Assembly (NCBI RefSeq): GCF_018977255.1
Contig: NW_024704742.1
Span: 100,008,001-100,072,000 of the forward strand
Length of the DNA stretch: 64,000 bases
Reading direction: 5' to 3'
From: Callorhinchus milii
Taxonomy: Eukaryota
Shown here: positions 62,861 to 64,000 of the stretch, one piece after another
Position numbering within the stretch: the first letter of the stretch is position 1
Layout of the letters: every line of letters starts with the position of its first letter
Program-made: the position numbers and the translations under genes
The notes under the pieces: generated by a model
Seen by the model: only the letters and a program-made list of their open reading frames with translations
What the model was told of the DNA's origin: nothing
Databases searched by the model: none

Positions 62861-64000
62861 ATCTGGCCTACCTATCCAACGTCGCAAAAGATTTATTTTA
62901 TCCATCTCATCACCTAATAACCTTGAAACATTTTAATTTCCAAGCAATTGTTTAGTTGCTTTTTGAAACTCTTTGCAGTTGTTAGCCCCTCGTGTTTGCA
63001 CCACTCCCACTTTTGCTATCCACTCTAATCCTATTCCCTTGTTTTCCCCATAGACTTTAAATATTATTTTACTTTAAGTATTTATGCATGCTGTATTTAG
63101 AGTAAATGCAGGGAATCTTAAAGCAAAATAGATTCAGCAGATTTACCAAATCTTAGCTAAAGAAAGCATTTTTAAAGTAAGTGAGTGGTGATAGATAGAT
63201 CTATAAAGATAGCACTGTGGCTTTGTAGAAGACAGCAGACTGTTGAATCATTCCATTTACAAAGTCAATTCACTGTATGCAGCTCATTAGAGCAGGAAAG
63301 AGAAAATATTTAATTATGATATTGCATTGCTTGTTATATATTTATTTTGTAAGTACTGTATTTGCTCCTTTTTTTGTCTAATATGACAGATTAAGGTGAC
63401 ATGTGATGCTGACCTTGCAGTGTAATTCCTTTTTAATTAGTTGATCTTTAAAGGTTGTTAGTGGTCTTTAACATTAATTACATTCAGTCAGGCCAGATTC
63501 TGCAGCAATTAGGTTCCTCTGCAGAATCTGTTACATCAGTGCCTGCAGGCACATGCAATAGAGTGAGGTCAGAGGGATGTATTTGCTGGTAGAAGAGGAT
63601 TGGGGTAGTCAATTCAATGTGCTTTTGTTACTTATTTTCTTTCAAATTCATAACATTTAAATCTACCCAAGCTGAAACAAAGATTTGGCTAGTAGATTTA
63701 GAATTAGCTGTCAGTTTGTATATTAAAATACTGGTATACTCTCTGCGATCTCAATCTTTATTTGGCTCAACATTTAAAAAAAACTCTTCCCACTTATTCT
63801 CCACCAATTCTCTCTCGTTTCCAAAATTATTGTTCTTTCTGTTCAATTTAGTTTAGGTTTGCCAAAACAAAGGATGTAACAGTGGCACCGGCGATATATA
63901 CGAAGTACATAGGAATGCATTGGACTGGCTGAAAAATACCATACGACACTCAATTTCCTTACTGTCAAATTACTTCTTTCACCAGAGCAGGTGAATGAAG

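Noticed and set aside
1..64000. CRISPR array or prokaryotic defence system
   Set aside because: Repeats are dispersed retroposon copies, not regularly spaced repeat-spacer arrays. No operon-like coding density.

Overview
AT-rich eukaryotic, repeat-dense non-coding DNA. The SINE/LINE repertoire points to a cartilaginous fish, probably a chimaera such as Callorhinchus (inference). I found no host protein-coding exon, functional tRNA, rRNA or CRISPR array that I can support, so the window reads as a large intron or intergenic region. Content: many tRNA(Ala)-headed SINEs and DeuSINE-type SINEs that share a 3' half and an L2-derived stem-loop tail, L2 and CR1 LINE fragments (two nested composites), and a few palindromic or MITE-like relics. 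The best observations are: (1) a 130-bp Penelope-pLTR-like insertion carrying a minimal hammerhead ribozyme core, flanked by a 17-bp TSD; (2) a young L2 subfamily whose three copies share one ORF2 frameshift, with SINE tails matching its 3' stem-loop; (3) a ~75-bp local sequence copied into an L2 3.1 kb away; (4) a family of long foldback elements. Repeat boundaries were read by eye and are approximate unless a TSD is given.
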